A DNA stretch of 64,000 nucleotides, taken from positions 5,332,001-5,396,000 of the forward strand of contig CM068766.1 of assembly GCA_035084275.1 (NCBI GenBank), written 5' to 3'. Positions 23,907 to 35,850 of the stretch are shown piece after piece (position 1 is the first letter of the stretch; each line of letters starts with the position of its first letter). This stretch comes from Hydrolagus colliei. Lineage: Eukaryota. Made by a program: the position numbers and the translations under genes. Below the pieces are notes generated by a model. It saw only the letters and a program-made list of their open reading frames with translations, had not been told where the DNA came from and made no database searches.

Positions 23907-24428
23907 CAGTAGAAGCACCTTTATCCGTGGCTCGATGAACCGGCACTTCCGTATAACCGGCATGTCCCCAAAAAAGTCCCCATTTGATAAACCGGAATTT
24001 ATCCAGAACAATAGCGGTGGAGCATTTGTGAGTCATTGTTGCGTAGATGCAGTATTTCGGTTTGCGGCTAGTAGAGTCTAAGGTTATCGGCTTGTTGCTA
24101 GAAAGGTTTTAAAGTCACGCTGCTGTTTTTTTCACCCACTTGGCGTCCTCCATGTTAAAAAGAATCATTGCACTATAAATCTCAACCAGTAAAGGTGAGA
24201 AGCTCAAGAGAGTAGTTTTAACAATAAGTGCCAATATAATATTCTGTTATTATTTGGTCTGGTATACACACACATGGTCTGGTATATACATACCAGACCA
24301 TGTGTGTGTTAAAAGAACTTACATTTTTTTGTGGTGGGTTTTCGGCCGCAGGCTGCCTGAATATCTGGCAGGCACTTTAACCGGCATTGGCCAGGTCCCG
24401 CGGGAGCCAGATAAACAGGCTTTTACTG
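23907..24428 (+). mobile_element. Longer Tigger/pogo-like non-autonomous element of the same family
   Basis: TA-CAGTAGAAGCACCTTTATCC...GATAAACAGGCTTTTACTG-TA; shares CTTCCGTATAACCGGCAT and AACCGGAATTTATCC with the 16587 element; retains a remnant of the transposase start (KGEKLKRVVLTI); inside a SINE. Confidence 0.85.
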
Positions 24429-24479
24429 TATATTCTGTGAAGCGCTTTTAAGATATTTCAATGACATGATAGGGCGACC

Positions 24480-24838
24480 CCTCCTATCTCCCAACCTGCT
24501 GTCTCCCTATGAACCTGCTCCCCCCCTCCGTTCAGTGTGCTCTAGTCTGCTCCATGTCCCCCGGCAGACCCACCCTACCATCAGTGGATGGGCTTTCAGC
24601 CTCTGTGTCGCCTCACTCTGGAACTCCATCCTACAGTCCCTTCACCTTGCTTCCTCTCTTGCCTCCTTCAAGGCCGGTTTCAAGATTCTCCTCTTCGATC
24701 ATGCCTTCTGCTGCCCTCCTAACTCTCTCCCGCCCCCCTACCCTGTCCCTCTCCCCTGCTCGGGTCCCGACCTGACTGTTCAGTGCCTTGCGACGACCTC
24801 CCGACATGAAAGGCACTCTAGAAATGTAATTTTGTTGT
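24480..24838 (+). mobile_element. L2 LINE 3' fragment
   Basis: GWAFS...SLWNSI...SFKAGFKILLF and L2 tail. Confidence 0.78.
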
Positions 24839-25814
24839 GTGCAATTGGTTGCCACATTTTGCCCTCAAAATATACAGTCTATTCACTTTACACTATGTCC
24901 TGCAAAGCCCCTTGAGATGTCTCGACGAAGTGATCAGGTGCTATATCAAATGTAAGGATTATTATTAAATAATTATGCTTATCAGAGTCTTACAGCTGTA
25001 CTTGTATTTCAAAACAATTTGATTCATCCACACACGGAGGGTAGTCAAGCAGCTGGAATGTGTTACTAGGAAAAGTGGTGAAAGCCAGGAAACATAGGAT
25101 TAATTTAAGAAACATCTTGATGGTACAGAGGGAAGAAGATAGGGTTGGGTTTCTGGACGTATGAGATCAAATGGAAAGGACTGTTTCCTTTATTCAAGTC
25201 TGGCTTAAAGAGGAAAGAACTTGTTTAATATCCCATTGTGTTGAACTGTATCAACATGGGTCACAGGTAATTAGTCAAGTATACACGGTCACAACACTGT
25301 ACTGTGTATTCTGTGAAGTGTTTTGAGATGTTTCAACTACATGATAAGGCTCTATATCAAATGCAAGGATTATTGTTATTTATACTTGGAAGTATTTCTG
25401 GAAGAAAAGGTTGGGTCTTGTTTGGTTGAACCTCTCTCGTATTTGTATGACAGCGACAGCTTGGAAGCAATTTTGCATGAGACAAAAGGAAGCTGGAATA
25501 ATTCATTAGATTCTAAATCGTGCTGCCTCTATTATGCACCAGGTTTTAACAAAACAAAATGACACAATGCACATACACTAGAAGTGAACTGCTGTATATT
25601 TTGCAGGACGTAATGAAACTGAGATAAGTAATGCTTAACCACTGATGGCCTTTCCTAATTTTTTTGTGAACAATTATGATTTGCTGAGATATTCATTTAT
25701 CCAGAGCCTGCCTTTGTGTTTCCTTAATTTCTTTTCAGCTGAAGAAAACCTGTATTACTGCACCACTTTCAACTGGAAACCCTCTCAAGATTGCTTACGT
25801 TGACAGAGTTGTGA

Positions 25815-26048
<234 letters not shown>

Positions 26049-28809
26049 TGAGCTATTGTGTGCTACAAGAAACCCTGGTTTCTCTTTACCACTTGGGGAT
26101 GCAGTTGCTCGCCCCTGGAGTTTGGTGGCAATACTATGGTTTGCTTTTGTGTGAATTTTGCTTTGCACTGCATAACCTTGTACAGAATTGATTTAAAAAC
26201 AGTCTGAAGTATGATTTTCAGAGAAGTTGTACAGTACAACTTTAATGAAATGTCAGCTCAGTTCATAGCACTCCCAGGTCTCTTGAGTCAGAAGGTTGTA
26301 GGTTCAAGCCCCGTATTAGGACATTGAACTCGCATAGTCTAAGATGATACTCCAGTGGAGTGCTGGGGGAATGATGTTGTTGGCGGTGCCGTCCTTTGGA
26401 TGAGATATTGACCAGAGGTCACGTCTACCTGTACATCATCCAGGCAGCTGCTGTGCCGTCTATAACAGAGAAGCTGCAGCATGTCCGGCTACTCGGTCTT
26501 TTTCAATAGCAATAAATTGGGGGAACTCAAGCCTCAGAGATGCTTAATGGCAGAAAAACAAATTACTAACTGTTTGCGAGACTTCCTTGGTAGAGAGCTT
26601 TCTTGAGCAGAGTTGAAGTGGTGAATTTATTTAATCTCATTGATATTTCAGGAATAGCAATTTTCCCCAGATGGAAATAGGTGGCTTGAACTTTACTGTG
26701 ACTTTGTAAAATTAGCTTGCAATTTTTGATGTAAGCAGAAAGAGAGAGTCCGTAAAAGAGACAGAGCCCGGAAATCATAGTGGAGCAGTAGTACATTTAC
26801 ACATTGATTCAAGTAGAATTGCAATGTATAATTTCAATGATTTGCAGTATGTATAACCGGCTTGTGCTGTGTGTGTGTTCATGCTCTGGAAAGTGAAGGG
26901 TGACTGCAGAGGAATAGATGTGTGTTTCCTGTTTTAGCCCCTGCGTCCCCTCTGTCAGATACCCTTGGGCCTCATGCAGCCCGGATCAGATGTTCAATCT
27001 AATTACTTTCCAGTTAGGCCTAAACGCCAACAATTTCTCATCCTGTCTTGGCATAAGATTGTGCAGTCTGTGAGAGACTGCTGGATTAGTGGCAGGTTTG
27101 TACCATGGATGCACATCACTGGAAACTGGATTAAGGCTGCCTGTCAACCTATTTCATTTAGGATCTTTTAACTGACATCTAAGAGGAGAATGTGATTCAA
27201 AGGCCCTGGATTGAATTTGTAAACCTGGGTCAGAGAGGCGAAAGAACAGTGTTTTTACCACCCGGACTTGGTTCTCCAATGTTCCAATCTGTAACCGTGT
27301 TCAGGAAATCGAGCGACGCATAATAATATTAAAAATAAAATAAATAAAATGCAGAATTCCTGCTTTCTCTTTTCATTGCAGTGAATTGCAGCTTGCCGTT
27401 TGTCAGGGCTGCTGTTTACATTAGTGCTAGTGTTCAAATCTGGAGCTACCGCACTGAAATAGATCAAACCTCTTTCGTGCCCCTCAGAAATGCTAATACA
27501 CCAGCTGCTTTAAGTAGCCTGGTCGAGTTGCACAAGATGGAGCACTTTTCTTGATTCCCACATACTTTTACCAAGTGCGGGAGTCCTTTTCACCTCTGCA
27601 ATGCTTCATGCTAGACAAATGCTTGCGTATATATTACACTAAAAGGGTCAGAACTCCCATTCAAAGAGGACTCTCATTTATATTCCTGCTGTGATTAAAA
27701 TGTAGAACTTGATCCTCTATAAAGGTGATTTTCTTTGTTTTTTGCTTAGCCTGCTGGATGGATCAATAATGGGAAGGGGGAAGGAAGCAGGTCTCCTAGA
27801 AAAAAACATGTCCCAGCAAATACAAAGATTTCTTGATGATAGCCATATGGCAACCCATCATTCAGATTATTGTCACTCCGAGTCCAGCACTCGGATACTA
27901 TCCTGTGAGACGGGCCGGATTTTTGGCCCCTTGTGTAATGTTCACTCCTATTTCAGTACTGTGGGAGTATTGCATTTTTGGAGGCGCTATCTTTCAGATG
28001 AAATAATAAACTGAGGTTCTAGCTACACATTTAGGTGGACATTAAGAATCCTATTGCACTATTAAAAAACATTGAGTTTTTCATGGTGTCTCAGTGAACA
28101 TCTCCAGCTAAATTGGTCATTTATTTCATGGCTAATTGTCGCATCTTATTAGTACAAATATCTGCCAGTTTTTCTTTTTACAAAAATGCCACGAGGACAA
28201 TAAATACATGTGGAGGGCATTGAGATGTGCCAATGTGATTCTGTGCTAGAAAAATGGAAGTTCTTCTCTCTATCTGCCCTTCACTTGTAGACTTGTGTTC
28301 CTTCTGCTTCCTGTCTGCAAAGCAGATGGTCCGTAAGGTTGACAGATCTCTTACCTCAGTCATCTCTTCGGGTTCCTTTAAGTTATTTCTTCCATCCCTA
28401 AGAGGTTTAGAACAGCGTAGAACTACACTGTTAGAATGCATTGCACAGATGTTCACTCTATATGAACTAGACTCAATTGCAAATATGATTCGAGTAAGCG
28501 TTTTTTGTCCTTGCTGCTCCGATCAAATACTATAGGTCCAATTAATTTTCCTAGCTTGTCCCTTTTTAAACCAGTGAATTCTTGATTTCTTATAAATGTA
28601 TTAGTGGTTCTAATTATCCCATTACATTCAGAGATTAACTAGATGTATTGCAGTGATTATATCAAGTATTATAGTTAATATTATAGAGTTTGCAACCATA
28701 TGGATTAAGATAAGGTTAAACATTTGGGTTAATGAGCCTTCAATGTTTTCGGTTTTGCAGGAAGGACAATTTGTCTTTAAAAATTCTCTTTCTATTTTGT
28801 TTGCTGTAG

Positions 28810-29003
28810 CACATTGACGAATGGAACATCGGAAGTCTCAACACATTGCTTGATATGGTGGAGCAGGAGTGTGGGATAGTGATCGAAGGTGTGAATACAC
28901 CATATCTCTACTTTGGAATGTGGAAAACGACATTTGCCTGGCACACGGAGGACATGGATCTGTACAGCATCAACTATTTGCACTTCGGGGAACCCAAGTC
29001 CTG
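28810..29003 (+). CDS. KDM4B: KDM4B-like coding exon 4 (194 nt, JmjC with HxE iron ligands)
   Basis: Acceptor tttgctgtag|C, donor CTG|gtacgt; my translation is [64 protein letters not shown](W), containing the H-T-E Fe(II) ligands. This frame is not in the supplied ORF track. Confidence 0.97.
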
Positions 29004-29833
29004 GTACGTGTAAAATTGGGTTCTTTTGTATGGGTGTGACTGAGCTGGCTGGCTGGGTCACCCCAGGGCTGAATTCACTTGAGACCTGACCTTTAGGTTC
29101 AATCAAAACCTGACCTGCATAGGCGGTGACACTTAGCTCACATAACTTGATGGAAGAATACTGCTTCTCGGAAATATTGATGCATTTCTGCATCTTATTG
29201 AATTTTTGCCACTAAAGGCACATTTGGGTTTTATATTTCTGGCTCTTCTGTTGGAATTGGAAAAAATTTGTCTGGATTACCGTATCTTGACTAAATGTTC
29301 CCACAAGTTTGTACCCCCATCCTCTCCATTGACTGCAAGGCTTATTGCAAAAATCCTTGCATCAGATGCAAGGATTATTATTGTCTGAATTGGGCTCAAA
29401 TGGTCTGACTAGTTTTGCAAGATATTTGAGCAAAATTGAGTAGTTCATACTTGATTGATTTGACTGACATTTTCTTTGTGACTCAGCAACCAAACAGTGG
29501 CACTTTGTATATACTTTTTTATTTTCGGCAAAAGTCAGCAGGTATCAGAAGTCAGCTGGCACCTGAATTTAACAGGACTTTCTTGTACTACTGAACCACT
29601 TCAGGGAGTAAGCAGTTCTGAAATGCCAGCTCAGGTCTCAGGAAATAGAACCACGTCTACTATGGAATAAATCCCACAACATCCCTCAACAACCTTTAAA
29701 AACTTCACATGCAGTGCACAATTTCTTTTGGTTGCTGGGCCCAATAGTAGAGACTTTAGATCAGTAAGTACAAGCCTTGTTTCAGGCCACATGTAGGTGC
29801 GTGGGCAAGCATGGCATCTCCATGTACAGAATG

Positions 29834-29948
29834 CAGTAAAACCTCGATAATCTGACATTCCAAAAGCTGGCAACTCCTTAAAACTGGCAAACTCCGAAAT
29901 CCGGGAGGTGAGTGGACCCAACCGTGCTGGATTATTGAGGTTTTACTG
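29834..29948. mobile_element. Short Tigger-like MITE (different subfamily)
   Basis: TIR CAGTAAAACCTCGATAATC / GATTATTGAGGTTTTACTG followed by TA; left flank is TG rather than TA. Confidence 0.75.
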
Positions 29949-30141
29949 TAATAATAAAGATAATCCTTGCATTTGATACAGCGCCTTATCATGTCTTCGA
30001 GACGTCTCAAAGCACTTCACAGAATGCGACTACAAAATCAATTGACTGTGTAAGCAAACGTCCATTTATAGAACATCTGAATAACTTGCTTGTCTCCCAC
30101 ATTCCAGTTTCCTTTTTATTTTTGACAGGACAGTAAATTAG

Positions 30142-30430
30142 ATAATAATAATAATCCTTGCATTTGATATAGTGCTTTTCATGTCTTCTAGACATCTCAA
30201 AGCCCTTCACGCACTGTAAAGTGAATTAACTGTATAGTTGTGAGCAAAACGTGGCAGCCAATTTCACACAGCAGTGTCCCACAAACAGTCGTGGATTAAA
30301 ATGAACAATTTTATTATTGTGTTTTTTTTTGGAGGGATTATTATTAGGCTTGTGGAGTAAGAAAACTTGCCCAGGGTTTTGCCCTGACCTGTCTGGATTC
30401 GAACACAGGTCTTACGTTTCTAAGGCAAGT
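30142..30430 (-). mobile_element. Deu-domain SINE copy (one of three clustered minus-strand copies at about 29950-30640)
   Basis: Matches the 13584 copy along its length, including GGATTCGAAC (B box, minus strand). Confidence 0.85.
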
Positions 30431-33400
30431 GAGGCCACTGAAGGCACTTAAATGATGACCCTGTGTAAATGGGTAGCACTAAAATAGCAGTAACTGAGCA
30501 ACAAGCCACCACAGATTCTGGCTTTAATAATAATAATCCTTGCATTTAATATAGCACCTGATCACATCTTCGAGACATCTCAAAACGCATCACAGAATAT
30601 ACTGTACAGTGAATTGACTGTATACTTTGCGGGCGAAACCCACTTGTCGTATAGATCGTGAAATCGATGGAACAGCTTCAGCTCAACACACCGTACCGTC
30701 CCTAGTTGACTGGAGAGATCAAAAGCCTCATTTTAGCATGAGATCAGGTGTCTGTTTACAGTGAACTAGAGTGGGTTTTATATCAATCCAAAGGGAATTC
30801 TTCTGCTGGATTTGCATTTAACTGGATGTGTAAGAGGCTTTGTAAAATGGCGACTGTATTCTCAAATACTGAAGCTGCACAACTAAAGAGAGATCAAAAA
30901 TTTATGAAGGGTTGAAATTGATAGGATGAAGAAAACCGCTGGAAACTTTCAATCTTTTTTCTACCACTTCAAATGCCCATCGGTAAGTGAAGCATTTACT
31001 GTTTGAATACCAAGGACCGACCAGAGAAATCCTACAATTAAGTCTCTGGAATCTCAGAGCAATTCAACGTAGCTTCACTTGTTACAAGTGACTGCTTTGT
31101 TAAAGTTAATTTACAGCTCTGTTTAAGTGGCAGAAAGACAAGGAAATCACTAATGGTAGGCAAGGCAAGCAAAATGAAATGCTTGTGATTTAAGAAAAAA
31201 ATTCCACAAGTTTGTGTGTGTGTGAGTGTGTGTTTATATGTTGAGGCGGTGGGGGGTGATCCCCACAAGGACAGCAATCTCTTTCTCTTTTTATTATGAG
31301 AGATGGCCTTGTGTCTTCTGTTGATTTTACAGTGAAAATGGTGAAGAAGCTGGATATTTATTTTGCATGGCATGGTAGTTCACTCCACTAGGGGGTGCTG
31401 TTGTCTGGATAAATCTGAAAATTTCGATTTACTGGAAGCGAAGTCTTCTGTTCCTCTCTCCCCCCCCACCATCCCTTGGGACTGCACTGCAGTGAATTAC
31501 GAGAACTGTAACCATGGTGAGCGAGCGAGAGCTCTGTATTCGAACACCCTTGGGTTTCATCAATGTAACATTCTATCGGAAACTGAGTGAAACACTTTTG
31601 TAATTGTTACAGATAAAGCTATCGTCATTCTGGTGTAATTTTGATGGTTTAATACATTACTGTACTTTGCATTTGTCGGGAAGATATCCTTTCTGTGCTG
31701 TATTTAAATTGCTATTCCTTCTCTTGTATCCTGCAGAGCTGGCCCTGGGATAATAGAATTCACTAAATAGAAGCCTTTATTTATTCCGTGCAAAACAGTT
31801 AACTTAAGTCGGCGGAGACTCAAAAATTACCGAATGCTTTTCCATCTCTTCAAATGAAATACTGATCAATATTGTGCTGTCGAAAATGTATTTGGAAGGG
31901 AGCATAGAAATCCATTTTCAAGCACAAAAATGTCAAATATATGTAACTCAATATTCAAATTGAAGGTTGCAATCTGTAAATTCAGATCCTGTGGGTTTAA
32001 GTTACTTCATTACTTTTAGGGAAGTTTGGAGGGATTAAGTCAACGACTTTACTTCTGATGCTGCTTCTGTGTAATTTACAGCGGCTGTTTGGCTAATCCA
32101 CACAGGCAGGTCTCGGGTTGCTAATTCAGTGGGAGGTACGGTATTGTGCTGGTGTGTTGGGCACTTAGAAATAAATCGAAAGTTTTCCAGATCCTGAGCT
32201 GTTGCCACTGATTTGCATTTACATTGTTGAAGACCGGACTATCCAATGTTAACAGCTTAAAAACACTTCACTGACCTTAATCGCTGTGGGTTTTTCACAC
32301 AAGTGGAATGGACTGCCTAGTTGAATGATTCTGCCAACATTGAATGTCAGTCTGCTGTGCACAGTCAATGGTTGTATGACTGCGTTGGAAATAAAATCCA
32401 TTCATTTTATAAAGCGGTGACCATTCACAGTCCAGTCAGGCAGATTGCAGTCACAGCACTGAAAGGTAGCCCATTAGAGAATATGGATTTGGTCTCTGTG
32501 TTCAGCACGGGAGTGAATGGGGATATCTTCAAGTGTCTTTGTTCCAGCTCATTGTGCACACAGTTTAGTGTCGGGAAGCTACTTTATTACAACTATAAAT
32601 TTCCATTGTTCCATTAGTTTTAATCTCCTCATTAGAACATTAAATGCAATTAATTAATTGTACAGAGCAAAGGGTAGCAGGAGAGAGGAAATACTCTATT
32701 ATGGACTGAGCACTGTCTTGCCTGGTTTGGTACCAATGGAAGAGATGCACCATTCCTTCTAGCAGTAGAAGGTTTCTGAGCAGGATTTGTACTTGGCTCC
32801 TCTCTTATAATTTTTTTGCCTGGGGCTGAAGTTAACACATTTCATGGTAATGTCTTACCTTAAGTGCATTCATTGAGTTCCTGATTCATTGGTGTGTTTT
32901 AATGTTACAATGGAGCTACTTAGATCACAAACGGCTGTGATGTTTTCTACGATATCTTGTAAGCCTAATTCTAAATGCTGGTGTGATCTTGCATATCAGT
33001 GTTTCCTTTGGGAAGTACTACCATTTGTCTCATATTTGTTTTGAAATGGCATGAAAGGTGGTTATGTATTTGTGACACACCTTTTCTAAGGGCTTCTATT
33101 TCGTACAATATAAAATTGGACAGCTTAATCTAGCCACAGAGATGGGATTGATAGGAGAGGAACTGTTTTACCCTTTTACCCCACACAGGTGCTCTCAACA
33201 AAAGATATTTCCAGACCAATTCATTTAGAACTTTTGATTGTTTGGGGAAATAACACTTTTACCTTGAAATGTGTCAAGAATGTTATAAATTGTGTTATTT
33301 ATTCCCCAGTCCAAGGAGAGTGCTGTGTGTTCAGTATTGTGTTTTCTGTCTCTGCTATAGTGTCAAAATTACATTGCTTGGCTGGAAAGCCAAATTCCCA

Positions 33401-34639
33401 TGTTACCTTGTAGGCAAACGTCTCTAGTTTCATGGGAAGAGTCAGGCTCCAGTTGGACTGAATGTGTGTCTGAATGATTTTAAAGCCCAGAAATTAGCTC
33501 TGCAAAATTGGTTCTTCAGTTCTGCTTCGGAATTGAAGCACTAAAGACTGAGTGAACCTCAGCGTTTACTTTCCAAGATCAGTGTCTTTATCAAAGGGAA
33601 TCTTTACTGCTTCATCTCCAGAGAAGAAAGAAGAAACAATCTCTAAGATCCTAAAAGAAAGTGCACTGGCGTTCTCTCATGTAACAAAGTCCCGAAATCA
33701 TTTGGGAGATGTGCTAAAAGTCAACATGCAAAATATTTAGTGCCTGCCCTTTGTAAATGTCTTTGTTTTAACTGTGTTTAAATAAAACTATTTATTTTAG
33801 TGGTCAATTTATGAGCCCGCGCTGAAATATTGATCTTCGGGAGAGATTTGATAGTGAATGGAGCAACACAAAGATTTGGGAGTAAAAATAGGCTTATGGT
33901 TGAGTTTGAGTAGGTTTAAAAGAGTATGAGTAAGATGGCAGTGGGCCTAAATGGACAACTCTTCAAGAGACTGGTAAAGAGTATAGGGCTGAATGGTCTT
34001 CTGTGCTGCAAAGTTAATGATTCTATGGGAATGAGCCGTCCTGAGATTAGACTGCAGACACGTGGTCTGGACTATCAGACTTAAGAAAATCCATCTGCAG
34101 AATCATCTGAGAAATCATTAAATGAGAGAGAAAAAATGCAGAGCAGGTAGTTGCACTAATTCAGAAATCCAGGCTAGTTTTTAGTGACTTCTCATAATTA
34201 TTGTATATCACAGCAGAGAAACAGGCTATTTGGTCTGTCGATTCTGCGCTGGTATTTTTCTTCACTTGATTCAATTTAATCCCAGTCCTTCAGCCTTTAC
34301 AATTTCTTCTCTCATGCTTCTAATTCCCATTTAATACCATTTATGGGCTCTGCTTCAACTAATAGTTTGGGCAGAAAAATCCACGTTCCAGCCACCTTCT
34401 GTGTAAATCTGTTTTTAACATTTTAATTATTTTGTGCCATCTTTACTGCCTTGTCTATGATATGCGTATTGTAAAGCGAAACACCTAACTATTACTTGCT
34501 GATCAATTTGAGCCGCTCATTCATGGTGTATACATGGAATGCTTTCCTTATTTATCTAATCTTTTGGTGGGGGGTTTCCACTTGCTGAGTTCTTGAAGTA
34601 GCAGTCTACTTTTATAAAATCCATCTCAAAACTCTGCCT

Positions 34640-35103
34640 CCCACACCAAACTTTGTTCCCCCATTGCCCCAGTCCTTGCCAGACTTCACAGGCTCCCTAT
34701 CCCAGAGAGGATAGATTTCAAGAGTCCTCACCCTTGTCTTCAAATCCCTCCACTCCTCTGCAACCATCTACCTCTCCAACCTCCTCTCTCCTCAAACCAG
34801 CACCTGTTGCCTTCGCTCCTCCGGCCTGGCCTCCTCCATGTCCCCGAATCCTCTGCTCCACCTTCGGCGGCCGTGCTTTCAGCCACTCCGCCCCAAGGCT
34901 CTAGGACTCCCTTCCTCACTCCCTTCGTGTCTCCCCCTCTCTTCCCAGCTTCAGGTCCCAGCTAAAGACCTTTCTCTTCGACCGTGCCTTTGGTCACCTT
35001 TCTACCTCTGCCCCTGGCTCGGTCCCGGGATCAGTTATTGTGAAACGCTCTGAAACGTTGTCCGGCGTGGAGGGCGCTATATAAATCAAAGTTGTTGTTG
35101 TTA
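34640..35103 (+). mobile_element. L2 LINE 3' fragment
   Basis: STFGGRAFSHSAPRL motif; tail ggcgctatataaatcaaagttgttgttg. Confidence 0.8.
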
Positions 35104-35633
35104 TGATGGGAAACTAATACACAGAATAATTGCATGGCAGCCAGGAAGACTTACTGGGATTTCCAGTATATTTTCATTCTGTTTAATCATAATAATTTAA
35201 TATAGTGCCTTATCACATCTTCGAAACATCATAAAGTGCTTTCACAGAATAAACTGTAAAATTAATTGACTGTATATTTTGTGCTTGTGCAATAAATTCT
35301 TCCACTCTCTGTGTTTTTGTTGTGCCATAAAATCCACATTTGAGGAGGATGTAGATTTTTTTGTTCATTGTAAATTTGTGTGAATGCTCCCCAAATTTCT
35401 TTCAAATAACGTTTAATGGACAGTCGTGTTTTTAAAACTTTTTTGATATAGCGTTTTATCATGTCATCAAGATGTATCAAAATACTTCACATTTACACTA
35501 CTGTAAACTACTATTTGTAGACAAATGTTTGCCAAGCAATGTACCACAAGCAGCCATAACGTGAATGACAAACCTTGTTTGGGGGGATTGTTGGCGAGGG
35601 CACCAGGAGAAATTGCCTTTTCTTTTTCTAAAC

Positions 35634-35850
35634 CATTAAAAGCCCGATTATCCAGGTCCCGTTTATCCTCGGGACCTGGCCAATGCTGGTTAAAGCGTTT
35701 GCTGGATATTCGACCGAAAATGCAAAAACAAAACTTCAATGCATTTCCCGGATAAATTCCGGTTAATCGAATGTGGACCTTTTTTTTTTTGCGATGCCGG
35801 TTAAATGGAAGTTACAGTTGATCGGGTGCCGGATAAAAGGGCTTTTACTG
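35634..35850. mobile_element. Tigger/pogo-like MITE, inverted relative to 16587
   Basis: Reverse complement of the 16587 family; ends GGATAAAAGGGCTTTTACTG-TA; sits within a Deu-domain SINE. Confidence 0.8.

Noticed and set aside
28792-29193. 133-aa minus-strand ORF
   Set aside because: Antisense shadow of KDM4B exon 4.
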